This document shows, in pieces, positions 1-9,848 of a DNA stretch of 64,000 nt. A program made the translations under genes and the position numbers. This DNA comes from an uncultured Chloroflexia bacterium (lineage in GTDB: Bacteria; Chloroflexota; Limnocylindria; Limnocylindrales; CSP1-4): the NCBI GenBank assembly GCA_963819655.1, contig CAWFXA010000002.1:256001-320000 (forward strand), given 5' to 3'. The notes beneath the pieces are model-generated. The model made no database searches and was not told the DNA's origin. It saw nothing but the letters and a program-made list of their open reading frames with translations. Positions within the stretch are counted from its first letter, which is position 1; every line of letters begins with the position of its first letter.

Positions 1-464
1 TGAACCAATCGGCGATGCTCGCCCGATTCGCCCGTGAGACCGACATGGACGTGTTGCTGCTCGCTAATCGGTACACGCTGCTGGACCACGGGGCACTCGA
101 TACGTTGCTGCCCGTCTGCGTCGATCGCGGGATCGCGGTCCTCGTCGGCGGTGTGATGAATAGCGGGATCCTCGCCGATCCGAGACCCGGGAGCCGGTTC
201 GACTACGCACCGGCACCCCCCGACATCGTCACGCGAGCGCAGCGGCTCGCGGAGGTCTGCGCTCGATTCGGCGTGCCCCTGCGCGCGGCGGCCATGCAGT
301 TCCCGCTGGCGCATCCCGCCATCGTGTCGCTGGTCGCCGGCGTCCGGACGCCCGCCCACCTCGACGATTATCCCGCGATGCTCGCCCACCCCATCCCGTC
401 GGAGCTGTGGGCCGAGCTGCGGGCAGAGCGCCTCATCGCGCCGGAGGCGCCGGTTCCCGGGTGA
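1..464 (+). CDS. Aldo/keto reductase, L-fucose/D-threo-aldose dehydrogenase-like (5'-truncated by window edge)
   Basis: Open frame from the window edge (..NQSAML); AKR C-terminal motifs LLANRYTLLD, GGVMNSGIL, AAAMQFPLAHP; fucose cluster context. Confidence 0.8.
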   Translation, partial: NQSAMLARFARETDMDVLLLANRYTLLDHGALDTLLPVCVDRGIAVLVGGVMNSGILADPRPGSRFDYAPAPPDIVTRAQRLAEVCARFGVPLRAAAMQFPLAHPAIVSLVAGVRTPAHLDDYPAMLAHPIPSELWAELRAERLIAPEAPVPG

Positions 465-471
465 CGCACGG

Positions 472-1308
472 ATGATCGTCGACGCGCATCACCACCTTTG
501 GGACCCGGCCACCGCCGACTACCCGTGGCTGACCGACGAGCTGCGGGTCATCCGGCGCGCCTTCACCCCGGCGGATCTGGCCCCCGAGCTCGAGGCGGCA
601 CAGGTCGAAGCGACCGTGCTCGTCCAGACGCGGTCGAGCACGGAAGAGACGCGCGAGTTCCTCGAGATCGCCCGTGCCACGCCGTTCATCCGCGGCGTCG
701 TTGGGTGGGCAGATGTGACGGCGCCGTCCGTCGGTGACGCGATCGACGCCCTCCGGGCCGGGCCTGGCGGCGACCGTCTAGTAGGTATCCGGCACCAGGT
801 CCATGACGAGCCCGACCCGGACTGGCTGCTTCGGGACGACGTCGCTCGGGGCATCCAAGCGGCCGGCGCCGCGGGGCTCGCCTACGACCTGCTCATTCGG
901 CCGCGCGAGCTGCCCGCCGCCCTCGCGTTGGCGCGGCGTCTGCCGGACGTCCGGTTCGTCATCGACCACCTCGCCAAGCCGCCGATCGCGTCGGGCGACC
1001 TCGAGCCGTGGCGGTCCCGGATCGCCGGCTTCGGAGAGCTCGAGCACGTCGCGTGCAAGGTATCGGGCCTGGTCACCGAGGCCGCGTGGACGTCGTGGAC
1101 GCGGGCCGACCTCCAGCCGTATGTCGACCACGCCGTCGACGTCTTCGGCTCGGGGCGGCTCGTGTTCGGGTCGGACTGGCCCGTCTGCCTGCTGGCCGCG
1201 AGCTACCGGCAGGTCGTCGAGGCGGCGCGCACGACACTCGAGGGTCTGACCGACTCGGAGCGCGCGGCGATCTTTGGCGAGAACGCGGTCAGGATCTACC
1301 GCATCTGA
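472..1308 (+). CDS. Amidohydrolase-2 family, L-fucono-1,5-lactonase-like
   Basis: DAHHHLWD, IDHLAKP, KVSGL and FGSDWPVC motifs. Confidence 0.85.
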   Translation: MIVDAHHHLWDPATADYPWLTDELRVIRRAFTPADLAPELEAAQVEATVLVQTRSSTEETREFLEIARATPFIRGVVGWADVTAPSVGDAIDALRAGPGGDRLVGIRHQVHDEPDPDWLLRDDVARGIQAAGAAGLAYDLLIRPRELPAALALARRLPDVRFVIDHLAKPPIASGDLEPWRSRIAGFGELEHVACKVSGLVTEAAWTSWTRADLQPYVDHAVDVFGSGRLVFGSDWPVCLLAASYRQVVEAARTTLEGLTDSERAAIFGENAVRIYRI

Positions 1309-1435
1309 TCGTCGATCCGGGCTCCGGGGCAGCCCAGCGGCGCGGAGCCCAGCGGCGCGGATAGGCGGACCGTGAGCCGGTGCAGGTCGGCGATCAAGGC
1401 AGGTCCCCGCTCGAAGCCGGCTCGACCGCTATCAT
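1296..1435 (-). pseudogene. Internally deleted iclR paralog remnant (N-terminal and C-terminal stubs joined)
   Basis: Minus strand ATG at 1435 (MIAVEPASSGDLP*), then in another frame PALIADLHRLTVRLSAPLG, matching the C-terminus of the intact IclR at 7249-8070 (PLLIDDLHRLAVHLTDPLR). It sits in the same position relative to the duplicated promoter. Confidence 0.7.
1331..1360. repeat. 15-bp tandem duplication AGCCCAGCGGCGCGG x2
   Basis: Exact direct repeat at 1331-1345 and 1346-1360. Confidence 0.9.
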
Positions 1436-1452
1436 CTGCAACTTTTCGCCAC

Positions 1453-1569
1453 GGTCAGCATGCTGAACAGTGTACCGTATCTTGACTCCAACCCCGCGAT
1501 TGCCATACTGTCCAACATACCGCCGCCTGTCCAATATGCTGGACAACCGGAGCGAACACAAGAGGAGGG
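1453..1569 (+). promoter_or_regulatory. Promoter/operator module 1: IclR-type palindromes flanking -35/-10, plus RBS
   Basis: GGTCAGCATGCTGAAC (1453-1468), TTGACT (1482-1487), 16-bp spacer, CATACT (1504-1509), GTCCAATATGCTGGAC (1529-1544), AAGAGGAGGG RBS; same layout as 8091-8209. Confidence 0.75.
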
Positions 1570-1577
1570 TCATTGCC

Positions 1578-2884
1578 ATGCGTCCTCTCGGTAGGTGGAG
1601 GGGGATGGTGGGCATCGTCGCCGCCGGGCTGCTTGTCACGGCGTGCGGCGCCCCCGCCGGCAGTCCCCAACCGTCAGCCCCGCAAGCATCAGCCCCGCAA
1701 GCATCAGCCCCGCAAGCATCAGCCGTCAGCGGGGACCTGACGTTCCAGTTCTGGATCGGTGGCGAAGCGGACCAGAAGGCCTGGGAAGACGGTGGTCGCC
1801 GTGGCGATGGCCGACCACCCGGGCCTCAACATCACGGTCCAGGGCACCCCGTGGCCCGACTACTGGTCGAAGATCGGCAATCAACTGAGCAATCCCGGGG
1901 CGCCGTGCATCGTCGGCATGCAGAGCCTGCGCCTGGCGGCGTACGGCGACCAGCTGGTGCCGTTGGACGATCTGATGGCGAAGTACGGCGTGAACGCCGC
2001 GGACTTCGACAAGTCGATCCTCGACGGGACGAAGCACGGCGGCAAGCAGGTGGCCCTGCCGTATGACTTCGGACCGCTGATCGTCTTCTACAACCGCGAC
2101 CTCTTCAAGGCGGCCAGCATCGCGGAGCCGAAGCCGGGCTGGACGCTCGATGACTTCACGAAGGCCGCGACCGCACTGACCACTGGTGGCAAGTTCGGGT
2201 TCACCACGGCCTCCATCGACCAGGAATACCTGTCCTGGGTGCTGGACCTCTCGGGTGCCGAGGTGCTCGATGCGGACGGCAAGCTGGCGCTCACCTCGCC
2301 CGCGTTCGTGGACGGCTACAAGCAGTACGTCGACCTGATGCGATCGGGCATCGCGTCGCCTGTCACGGTGGCAGGCTACGACGGCTACGTCATCATGCAA
2401 AGCGAATGGCAAGCTGGCACAGCCGCGATGTATGTCGATGGCCCGTGGATGGTGATCAGTAACAGGGACGCCGTCCAGTTCGACATGGGCGTGGCGCCGA
2501 TGCCGGTCGGGCCAGGCGGCTCGAAGCACTACACCGCGGGTTCCGGTTTCGGGATCTCCAAGCAGTGCACGACTCCCGACGCGGCCTTCCAGGCCATCGT
2601 CTCGATGACCAGCGACGAGGCGCTGACCGGCCTTGCCTCCGTCGGCCGGGCATACCCGGCACGACCAGCCGTGGCGGATGCCTGGTACACAGCCGCCAAG
2701 ATCGAGGGCGCCCGCGAAACGCTCGATTACGCCACGACCAACTCGGTGCCGTGGCTCACCCCGCCGAACTGGGTCGAGGTGGCTGACCTGTTCGACCGGA
2801 CCGGGTTGCAGGCGCTGACCGGCGAGCTCACACCTGAGGCAGGTCCTGCAGACCGTCCAGGAACAGGGCACAGCCGGGAGCTAG
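1578..2884 (+). CDS. Sugar ABC transporter substrate-binding lipoprotein (frameshifts near 1790 and 2840)
   Basis: Lipobox LVTAC, SAPQA linker, ALPYDFGPLIVFYNRDLF, AAMYVDGPW; assembled from ORFs 1470-2066 and 1759-3030, stop TAG 2882-2884. Confidence 0.85.
1674..1724 (+). repeat. 15-bp coding tandem repeat (SAPQA)x3 in lipoprotein tether
   Basis: TCAGCCCCGCAAGCA three times plus a partial TCAGCC. Confidence 0.9.
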
Positions 2885-2899
2885 AACTCTCGCAAGGAT

Positions 2900-2933
2900 G
2901 TGGCGGCGGCGCCTCTCGAGGCATCGCCGCCAC
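2900..2933 (+). terminator. Intra-operon stem-loop after the binding-protein gene (mRNA stabiliser or partial terminator)
   Basis: GTGGCGGCGGCGCCTC / GAGGCATCGCCGCCAC inverted repeat; no U-tract. Confidence 0.6.
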
Positions 2934-2950
2934 TTCTACGCTGAGGCCAA

Positions 2951-3887
2951 ATGTCCATGGCGATCGACACCACCGCCCCCGCGCCCGGGGTCTCGCCCGC
3001 AGCGCACCGCCGAACGCGGCTGCGGGATGATCGCCGCCACGCCCTGATCTTCCTCGGGCCGAGCGTGCTCGGCCTCGCCCTGTTCACGCTGTTCCCGACC
3101 GTGATGGCGCTGGTGATGAGCCTGTTCGACTGGCCAGTCTTCGGGGACCGCACCTTCCGCGGGCTCGACAACTACGCGCGCCTTCTGGGGAACCCGGTCT
3201 TCCGCCAGGTGGTGCTCAACACGTGCCTGTTCGTCGTGCTCTACGTCCCGCTCAACCTCGTCGTGTCGTTGGGCCTGGCGGTGTGGGTGTCCCCACGGAT
3301 CAAGGGTCGCCCGTTCTTCCGGATCCTGTTCTTCATCCCGGTCCTGGCGCCGGTCGTGGCCAATGCCATGGTGTGGCGGTTCATGTACCAACCCGGTGGA
3401 CTGCTGGACTCCGTGTCGCAGAGCGTGCTCGGCTCCCCCGCGCCGAACTTCTTGGCGTCCTCTTCCACGGCGATGCTGGCGATCGTCGTCATGTCCGTCT
3501 GGCAGGGCTTCGGCTACAACTTCCTGGTCTTCTCAACGGCGATCGACCAGGTGCCGCAGGAACAGCTGGAAGCCGCCGCCATCGACGGTGCCAGCGGGCG
3601 GCAGCGGTTCTGGCACGTGACCCTGCCGATGATCACGCCGTCGATCTTCTTTGCCACCACGTTGACGCTCATCACGTCCTTCCAGGTGTTCGCGCAGCCC
3701 TTCCTGCTCACCAAGGGCGGCCCGGGCAATAACACCCAAACGCTGGTGCTGTTCGTCTACAACGAGGGCTGGCGGTTCCTGCACATGGGACTCGCCGCGG
3801 CAGCCGGGCTGGGTCCTGTTCGTGATCATCATGGGGATCACCGCGGTCCAGTTCCTGGGCCAGAAGCGATGGGTGCACTATGGCTGA
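2951..3887 (+). CDS. Carbohydrate ABC transporter permease (frameshift near 3800)
   Basis: EAA loop LEAAAIDGASGRQRFWHVTLPMITP; alternate frame ends ..QKRWVHYG* overlapping the next ATG. Confidence 0.88.
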
Positions 3888-4755
3888 AGCACGGACCCTG
3901 GCTCGCCGACGCGCGGCCGCCCTGCGCCGAGGGGCCGGGCCGCGCCCCGTCATCTCCCACCTGCTGCTCGTCGTCGTGGCGCTGCTGTTCGTCGCCCCAC
4001 TCCTCTTCGCATTTGCGACCTCGCTCAAGCCGCAGGACGAGGTGTTCACCGCCCCCCCGACGCTCATCGGCTCGGAGTTGCGGTTCGAGAACTACATCGA
4101 GGCGTTCCAGTTCGCGCCGTTCGCGCGCTACTTCTTCAACAGCTTCCTGGTCGCGATCATCGGGACTGCCGTGGTCGTTGCCGCGTCGAGCCTGTCGGCC
4201 TTCGCATTCGCCCGGCTGCGGTTCCGGGGACGCGAGCTGCTGTTCGTGCTCTTCCTCGGCACGCTGATGGTGCCGCAGGAGGTGCTGATCGTGCCGATGT
4301 ACTGGCTCATGCAGACCCTGGGCTGGGTGGACAGCTACCAGGCGCTGATCCTCCCGTTCGCATTCACGGCGTTCGGGACGTTCCTGCTCCGCCAGTTCTT
4401 CCTCACGGTGCCGGCCGAACTGGTGGATTCGGCGCGGGTCGACGGCGCCGGGCCGTTCGACATCTTCTTCCGGATCATGCTGCCGCTGTCGCGGCCCGCG
4501 CTCGCGGTGCTGGCGATGTTCACGTTCATCGCCTACTGGGGTAGCTTCCTCTGGCCACTGATCGTCATCGACACCGTCAACGTGAAAGGCACCGTGCCGC
4601 TGGGGCTGACCTCGTTCATGGCCCAGCAGGGCACGCAGTGGAACCTGATGATGGCCGCGGCCATGCTGGCCATGGTGCCCTCGGTGCTCCTGGTCGTGCT
4701 GCTCCAGAAGAATCTCGTGCGCGGGCTCCTCACCACCGGGTTTGGCGGGCGTTGA
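3880..4755 (+). CDS. Carbohydrate ABC transporter permease
   Basis: FLLRQFFLTVPAELVDSARVDGA; multi-TM. Confidence 0.92.
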   Translation: MAEARTLARRRAAALRRGAGPRPVISHLLLVVVALLFVAPLLFAFATSLKPQDEVFTAPPTLIGSELRFENYIEAFQFAPFARYFFNSFLVAIIGTAVVVAASSLSAFAFARLRFRGRELLFVLFLGTLMVPQEVLIVPMYWLMQTLGWVDSYQALILPFAFTAFGTFLLRQFFLTVPAELVDSARVDGAGPFDIFFRIMLPLSRPALAVLAMFTFIAYWGSFLWPLIVIDTVNVKGTVPLGLTSFMAQQGTQWNLMMAAAMLAMVPSVLLVVLLQKNLVRGLLTTGFGGR

Positions 4756-4807
4756 GAACGAGCGCCCGATACATCTTCCAGGACGAATGGATTCCGAAAG
4801 GAGACCC

Positions 4808-6115
4808 ATGATTCGTGGCGCAAGCGGTGGCGATCTGGGCTGGTGTCTCGAGGCGCGGTTCGGGATGTTCGTCCACTTCGGCCTGTACTCATCGCTTGCG
4901 CGCCACGAGTGGGTGATGAGCCGGGAGAAGACGGCGCCGGACGTCTATGAACGGTACGTCCGCTACTTCGACCCCGACCTCTACGATCCCCGCGAATGGG
5001 CGCGAGCCGCCGCGGACGCCGGGATGCGGTACGTGGTGCTCACGACGAAGCACCACGAGGGCTTCTGCCTCTGGGATTCAGCACTGTCCGACTACACCGT
5101 CATGGCCACCCCGTACGGCAAGGACCTGGTCGGCCCGTTCGTCGAGGCGGTGCGCGCCGCGGGGCTCAAGGTCGGCTTCTATCACTCCCTGCTCGATTGG
5201 CACCATCCCGACTTCGCCGTCGATGACTTCCATCCGCTGCGAGATCGCGAGAACGTGGACGAGCTGAACGAGGGGAGGGACGGGAGCCGGTATCGCGAGT
5301 ACCTCCACGGCCAGGTCCGGGAGCTGCTGACGCGATACGGCAAGATCGACTACCTCTTCATGGACTTCTCCTACGAAGACGGCACGATCCCTGAGTCGTC
5401 CGTCCTGCCCGGCAAAGGACCGGCCTTCTGGGGTTCGGCTGAGCTCCTCGCCATGATCCGGGAGTTGCAGCCGGGCATCGTCGTCAACGACCGGCTCGGC
5501 ATCCCTGGCGACTTCGTGACGCCCGAGCAGTACCAGCCGGCGGGTCCCATGACCGCGGCAGACGGCGAGCCGATCCGCTGGGAGGCATGCCAGACCCTCA
5601 ACGGCAGCTGGGGCTACGACCGCGACAACCTGGACTACAAGCCGGTCGATCTGCTGGTCCGGATGCTCGTGGACGGCGTCTCCAAGGACGGCAACATGCT
5701 GCTGAACGTCGGTCCCACGGCGCGCGGCGAGTTCGATCCACGAGCGATCGCCTCCCTCCGAGGCATCGGCGACTGGACGCGGCTGCACGGCCGGTCGATC
5801 TACGGCGCCGGTCCATCCAGGTTCACGCCCCCGACGGACGCCCGCTACACGCAGCGCGGCGACCGCCTCTACCTCCACCTGTTCGCCTGGCCGTTCCAGC
5901 ACGTGCACCTGCCGGGCATGGCCGGCCAGGTCGAGTACGCCCAGCTGCTCAACGACGCGTCGGAGGTCGGCCTCGTCACGCTGCCGCCCGGCGCGGAGGC
6001 CGGCTCGATCCACCCGGGCGGGCAGCCGGAAGGCACGTTGACGCTCAAGCTGCCCGTGCAGCGCCCGGACGTCGCGCTGCCCGTCGTCGAGCTGTTCCTC
6101 GTGCCCGGATCGTGA
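4808..6115 (+). CDS. Alpha-L-fucosidase (GH29)
   Basis: ARFGMFVHFGLYS, AGMRYVVLTTKHHEGFCLW, WEACQTLNGSWGY, GNMLLNVGP. Confidence 0.93.
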   Translation: MIRGASGGDLGWCLEARFGMFVHFGLYSSLARHEWVMSREKTAPDVYERYVRYFDPDLYDPREWARAAADAGMRYVVLTTKHHEGFCLWDSALSDYTVMATPYGKDLVGPFVEAVRAAGLKVGFYHSLLDWHHPDFAVDDFHPLRDRENVDELNEGRDGSRYREYLHGQVRELLTRYGKIDYLFMDFSYEDGTIPESSVLPGKGPAFWGSAELLAMIRELQPGIVVNDRLGIPGDFVTPEQYQPAGPMTAADGEPIRWEACQTLNGSWGYDRDNLDYKPVDLLVRMLVDGVSKDGNMLLNVGPTARGEFDPRAIASLRGIGDWTRLHGRSIYGAGPSRFTPPTDARYTQRGDRLYLHLFAWPFQHVHLPGMAGQVEYAQLLNDASEVGLVTLPPGAEAGSIHPGGQPEGTLTLKLPVQRPDVALPVVELFLVPGS

Positions 6116-6223
6116 TCACCGTCCATCGATCCGCGACCGTCGAGACCCCTTATCCGAAGCCAGGGCCGTCAGCAGGGCGTCGTCGGCGCCGCCGCGAGCC
6201 AGCTAGGGGTCGGAGGGTGTCGT

Positions 6224-7127
6224 GTGAGCGGCGACGAGTCCTCGACCGACGCTTCGCGCCTCGTCAACGCGACCGCGAAGCTCGACCTGCTCGACGCAAC
6301 GTCGCGCTGGGCGGAAGGGCCCGTCTACGTGCCGGCGGGCCGATATCTCCTCTGGAGCGACGTACCGAGCGACCGGATCATGCGTTGGGACGAATCCTCG
6401 GGGCACGTCTCCGTCTTTCGGTCGCCATCGCAGAACGCGAACGGCAATACGCTCGATCGCCAGGGCCGGCTCGTCACCTGCGAGCAGCTGACCCGGCGGG
6501 TCACCCGGACCGAGCATGACGGTTCGATCACCGTCGTTGCCGATCGAATCGACGGGAAACGATTCAACAGTCCCAACGACGTCATCGTTGCGTCGGACGG
6601 CGCCATCTGGTTCACCGACCCGACCTACGGCATCGACAGCGACTACGAGGGACGGCGCGCCACGTCGGAGATCGGGAAATCGCGCCTGTACCGGGTCGAC
6701 CCATCGGACGCCTCCGTTCGCGTAGCGGGCGACGACTTCGTCCAACCTAACGGCCTCGCACTTTCGCCGGACGAGCGCCGACTCTACGTCTCGGACACCG
6801 GTCGAACGCACGTCGAGGGCGGTCCGGCGCACATCCGCATCTTCGACGTGAGCGCTGGGAAGCTGACGGGCGGAGAGATATTCGTTGAATGCCCCGTGGG
6901 GTTGTTCGATGGGTTCCGCCTGGACGAGGCCGGCAACGTCTGGACGAGCGCCGGTGACGGCGTCCGGTGCTACGACCCCGACGGAAACCTGATCGGCATC
7001 GTCCGTGCTCCCAGACCCCGTCGCAAACGTCTGCTTCGGGGGGCCGGCGCGCAACCGCCTCTTCATCTGCGCGACCAGCGCCGTCTACGCCGTGTACGTC
7101 CGGACGAACGGCATCAAGCTGGTCTAG
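6224..7127 (+). CDS. SMP-30/gluconolactonase family protein (frameshift near 7015)
   Basis: WAEGPVY, RFNSPNDV, IWFTDPTYGI, PNGLALSPDE, DGFRLDEAGNVW; C-terminus VANVCFGG..LV* in a shifted frame. Confidence 0.88.
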
Positions 7128-7248
7128 TGCCGGCGGCGCCGCGGCCGCATGAGCTGGGAGACGACGTTCACGGACTTCCTGTTCGACGTCGATCAGCCCT
7201 CTAGGATGCAGGCAGCAGACTCGTGCTCGTTCTCGACGAACGAGCAGA

Positions 7249-8070
7249 TCAATACGGCCGGGACGATCGTGCGGCGCGCAGTGGATCGGTGAGATGGACG
7301 GCGAGCCGGTGGAGGTCATCGATGAGGAGCGGGATCCGCTCGTCCGTCGCGCGAGCCTTCAGCAGCGTGATGCTCGCCGCGTAGGGACCCTCGCCCGGCC
7401 GGCGCCCCGGGATCATCACGCCGAAGCACACGACGCCTTCCACGGTCTCCTCGTCGTCCATCGAGTAGCCCCGTTCGCGGACGACGACCAGGTCGGCACG
7501 CAGCGCCTCGACCGTCCCGATGGAGTTCGGGGTCAGCATCGGCAACGGGGTCGCACCGGCCAGTCGATCGTCCAGGTCGTCGTCGGGGAGCGACGCCAAC
7601 GCCGCCTTGCCGGTCGCGGTGACCGTCGCCGGCAGGCGGCGACCGATCTGGGATGTCAACCGCACCGGCTGGCGGCCGTCGTGCCGGGCGAGGTACGTCA
7701 TCTCGAGGCCGTCGAGGACAGCCAGCTGGATGGTCTCCTCGGAGCCCACCGGAAGGAGCTGGGCCGCCTCGTAGAACTCCTGGACGAGGTCGACCGAAGC
7801 GAGGTACGCACCGCCGAGTTCCGCCAGCTTCCGGCCGAGGGCGAAGCCGGTCCCGATCCTGCGGACCAGGCCGATGTCCGCCAGCGCGTTGCAGATGTTG
7901 GCGATCGACGACTTGGGTAGCCCCAGCCGGCGCGCGAGCTCGCTCGGCCCGGCCGCCTTGCCCGCATTCTCGGCGAGCAGGTCGAGGATCGCCCCGGCTC
8001 TGGTGACGGCCGGGGCCAGCGACTCGCTCTCGGCCGCCGTTTCATCGATCGCCCGCGCGGCGTCCGTCAT
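7249..8070 (-). CDS. IclR family transcriptional regulator
   Basis: APAVTRAGAILDLL, SELARRLGLPKSS HTH, LPATVTATGKAALA, VRERGYSMDDEE. Confidence 0.93.
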   Translation of the reverse strand: MTDAARAIDETAAESESLAPAVTRAGAILDLLAENAGKAAGPSELARRLGLPKSSIANICNALADIGLVRRIGTGFALGRKLAELGGAYLASVDLVQEFYEAAQLLPVGSEETIQLAVLDGLEMTYLARHDGRQPVRLTSQIGRRLPATVTATGKAALASLPDDDLDDRLAGATPLPMLTPNSIGTVEALRADLVVVRERGYSMDDEETVEGVVCFGVMIPGRRPGEGPYAASITLLKARATDERIPLLIDDLHRLAVHLTDPLRAARSSRPY

Positions 8071-8090
8071 CGTCGTCTCCCCTCCCCCTC

Positions 8091-8209
8091 GGCCAGCCTG
8101 CTGAACCGCGTGCGGTATCTTGACTTTGTGGATAGGGTCGGCATACTGGCCAGCATACCACCATCCGTTCAGTATGCTGGACAATGGGCGGCGGATGTCA
8201 AGAGGAGGG
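8091..8209 (+). promoter_or_regulatory. Divergent promoter/operator module 2 between iclR and the second ABC operon
   Basis: GGCCAGCCTGCTGAAC (8091-8106), TTGACT (8120-8125), CATACT (8142-8147), GTTCAGTATGCTGGAC (8167-8182), AAGAGGAGGG. Confidence 0.75.
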
Positions 8210-8218
8210 CCACACGCC

Positions 8219-9775
8219 GTGTCGCGGTACCGCCTGGTCGCTGCAGCGATCATCCCGATTCTCGTCCTGACGGCCTGTAGCCCGTCGGCCAGTCCGTCTC
8301 CATCCTCGCCGGCCGCATCGACGCCGGCCGAGTCACCATCCGCGTCCGCCGAAGCTTCGCCGGCCGGCTCGCCGGGCACGAAGTTCGCGGGCATCAGCGT
8401 CAACATCCTGACCTTCAATGGGCCACAGGTCGCCGAGCCGCTCCAGCGCCGCGCTCCTGACTGGGAGCAGCTGACCGGTGGCCACGTCAATGTCGTCGCG
8501 GTCGGTTTCCAGACGATCTACGACAAGGCCCTCCTCGACGCGTCAACGGGCACGAATTCGTTCGACGGCTACGTCTTCGACCCGCAGTGGCTGGGAGATT
8601 TCGTGGGCCCGGGCTATCTGCTCGACCTGACGGACCGCGTGACCGCCGACACGCAGCTCGACTGGCAGGACATCGGCCCGTTCTTCCGGGACTTCAACGC
8701 CACCTACAACGGCAAGGTCTACACGATCCCGCTCGATGGCGATTTCCACATGGTCTACTACCGCTCCGACCTGCTCGAGAAGGACGGCCTCAAGCCGCCG
8801 ACCACCTGGGACGAATACATGACGGTCGCCCAGAAATACCACGGGCAGGATCTCAACGGCGACGGCGAGCCGGACTACGGCTCGTGCATCGCCAAGAAGA
8901 AGGGCGCCCAGAGCTACTGGTGGATCATCTCGATCGCCGCGGGCCTGCTCCAGGCCAAGGGCACCAACGACGGGGCGTTCTTCGACACGACGAATCTGAA
9001 CCCGCTGTTCGGGCCGAACGATGCCATGGCCAAGGCCCTCGCCATGTATGCGACGACGGCGACCGTCGGTCCGCCCGATGAGCTGAACATGGACGTCGGT
9101 GGATCGCGCGGTCTGTTCACGACCGGTCGCTGCGCGCTGTCGATGGACTGGGGCGACATCGGGACCCTGACCCCGGGCACCTATGCCCAGGACAAGACCG
9201 GCGCCACGATCACCCCCGGCTGGAAGGAAGTCCTCGATCGCTCGAGCGGCAAGCTCGTCGCGTGCGATGGAACGACGTGCCCCAACGCCGTCGACGGCGT
9301 CAACTACGCCCCGTTCGCATCCTTCGGTGGATGGTCGGGCGCGATCAATGCCGCCTCACCGAAAGAGCAGCAGGACGCCGCCTACGACTTCCTCTCGTAC
9401 ATGAGTGCTCCTGCCCAGTCAGGCGTGGATGTCACACTGGGCAAGACCGGCTACAACCCGTATCGGACCTCGCATTTCTCGACCATCCAGCCGTGGCTCG
9501 ACGCCGGCCTCAGCCAGGCCGCAGCCGAGAACTACCTCGGTGCCATCCAGGCCAGCCTCGAGAACAAGAACATGGTCCTTGACATGCGGATCCCGCTTAC
9601 CAAGCGCTACCAGCAGGACGTGCTCGACACCGCGGTATCGCAATACCTCGCCAACGAGCTCGACGCGACTGCGACCGGGCAGGCCATCGCCGACGGCTGG
9701 AACGCGATCAGCGACGAAGCCGGAAGGGAAGCCCAGCTCGCCGCGTATGTCGCCAGCCTTGGCGTCCAGCGGTAG
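8219..9775 (+). CDS. Sugar ABC transporter substrate-binding lipoprotein
   Basis: GTG start after AGGAGG; lipobox VLTAC; S/P/A linker; IPLDGDFHMVYYRSDL; DLNGDGEPD Ca-loop. Confidence 0.9.
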   Translation: MSRYRLVAAAIIPILVLTACSPSASPSPSSPAASTPAESPSASAEASPAGSPGTKFAGISVNILTFNGPQVAEPLQRRAPDWEQLTGGHVNVVAVGFQTIYDKALLDASTGTNSFDGYVFDPQWLGDFVGPGYLLDLTDRVTADTQLDWQDIGPFFRDFNATYNGKVYTIPLDGDFHMVYYRSDLLEKDGLKPPTTWDEYMTVAQKYHGQDLNGDGEPDYGSCIAKKKGAQSYWWIISIAAGLLQAKGTNDGAFFDTTNLNPLFGPNDAMAKALAMYATTATVGPPDELNMDVGGSRGLFTTGRCALSMDWGDIGTLTPGTYAQDKTGATITPGWKEVLDRSSGKLVACDGTTCPNAVDGVNYAPFASFGGWSGAINAASPKEQQDAAYDFLSYMSAPAQSGVDVTLGKTGYNPYRTSHFSTIQPWLDAGLSQAAAENYLGAIQASLENKNMVLDMRIPLTKRYQQDVLDTAVSQYLANELDATATGQAIADGWNAISDEAGREAQLAAYVASLGVQR

Positions 9776-9848
9776 CTCTGTTGCCACCGACCCGGAGAGC
9801 CTGACCGTCGACGGCCAGGCTCCCGAGACCCGCCAGCCGCGCCGAGCG

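Noticed and set aside
1674-1724. Short tandem repeats as a CRISPR array
   Set aside because: 15-bp head-to-tail units with no spacers, coding for a linker; no cas genes
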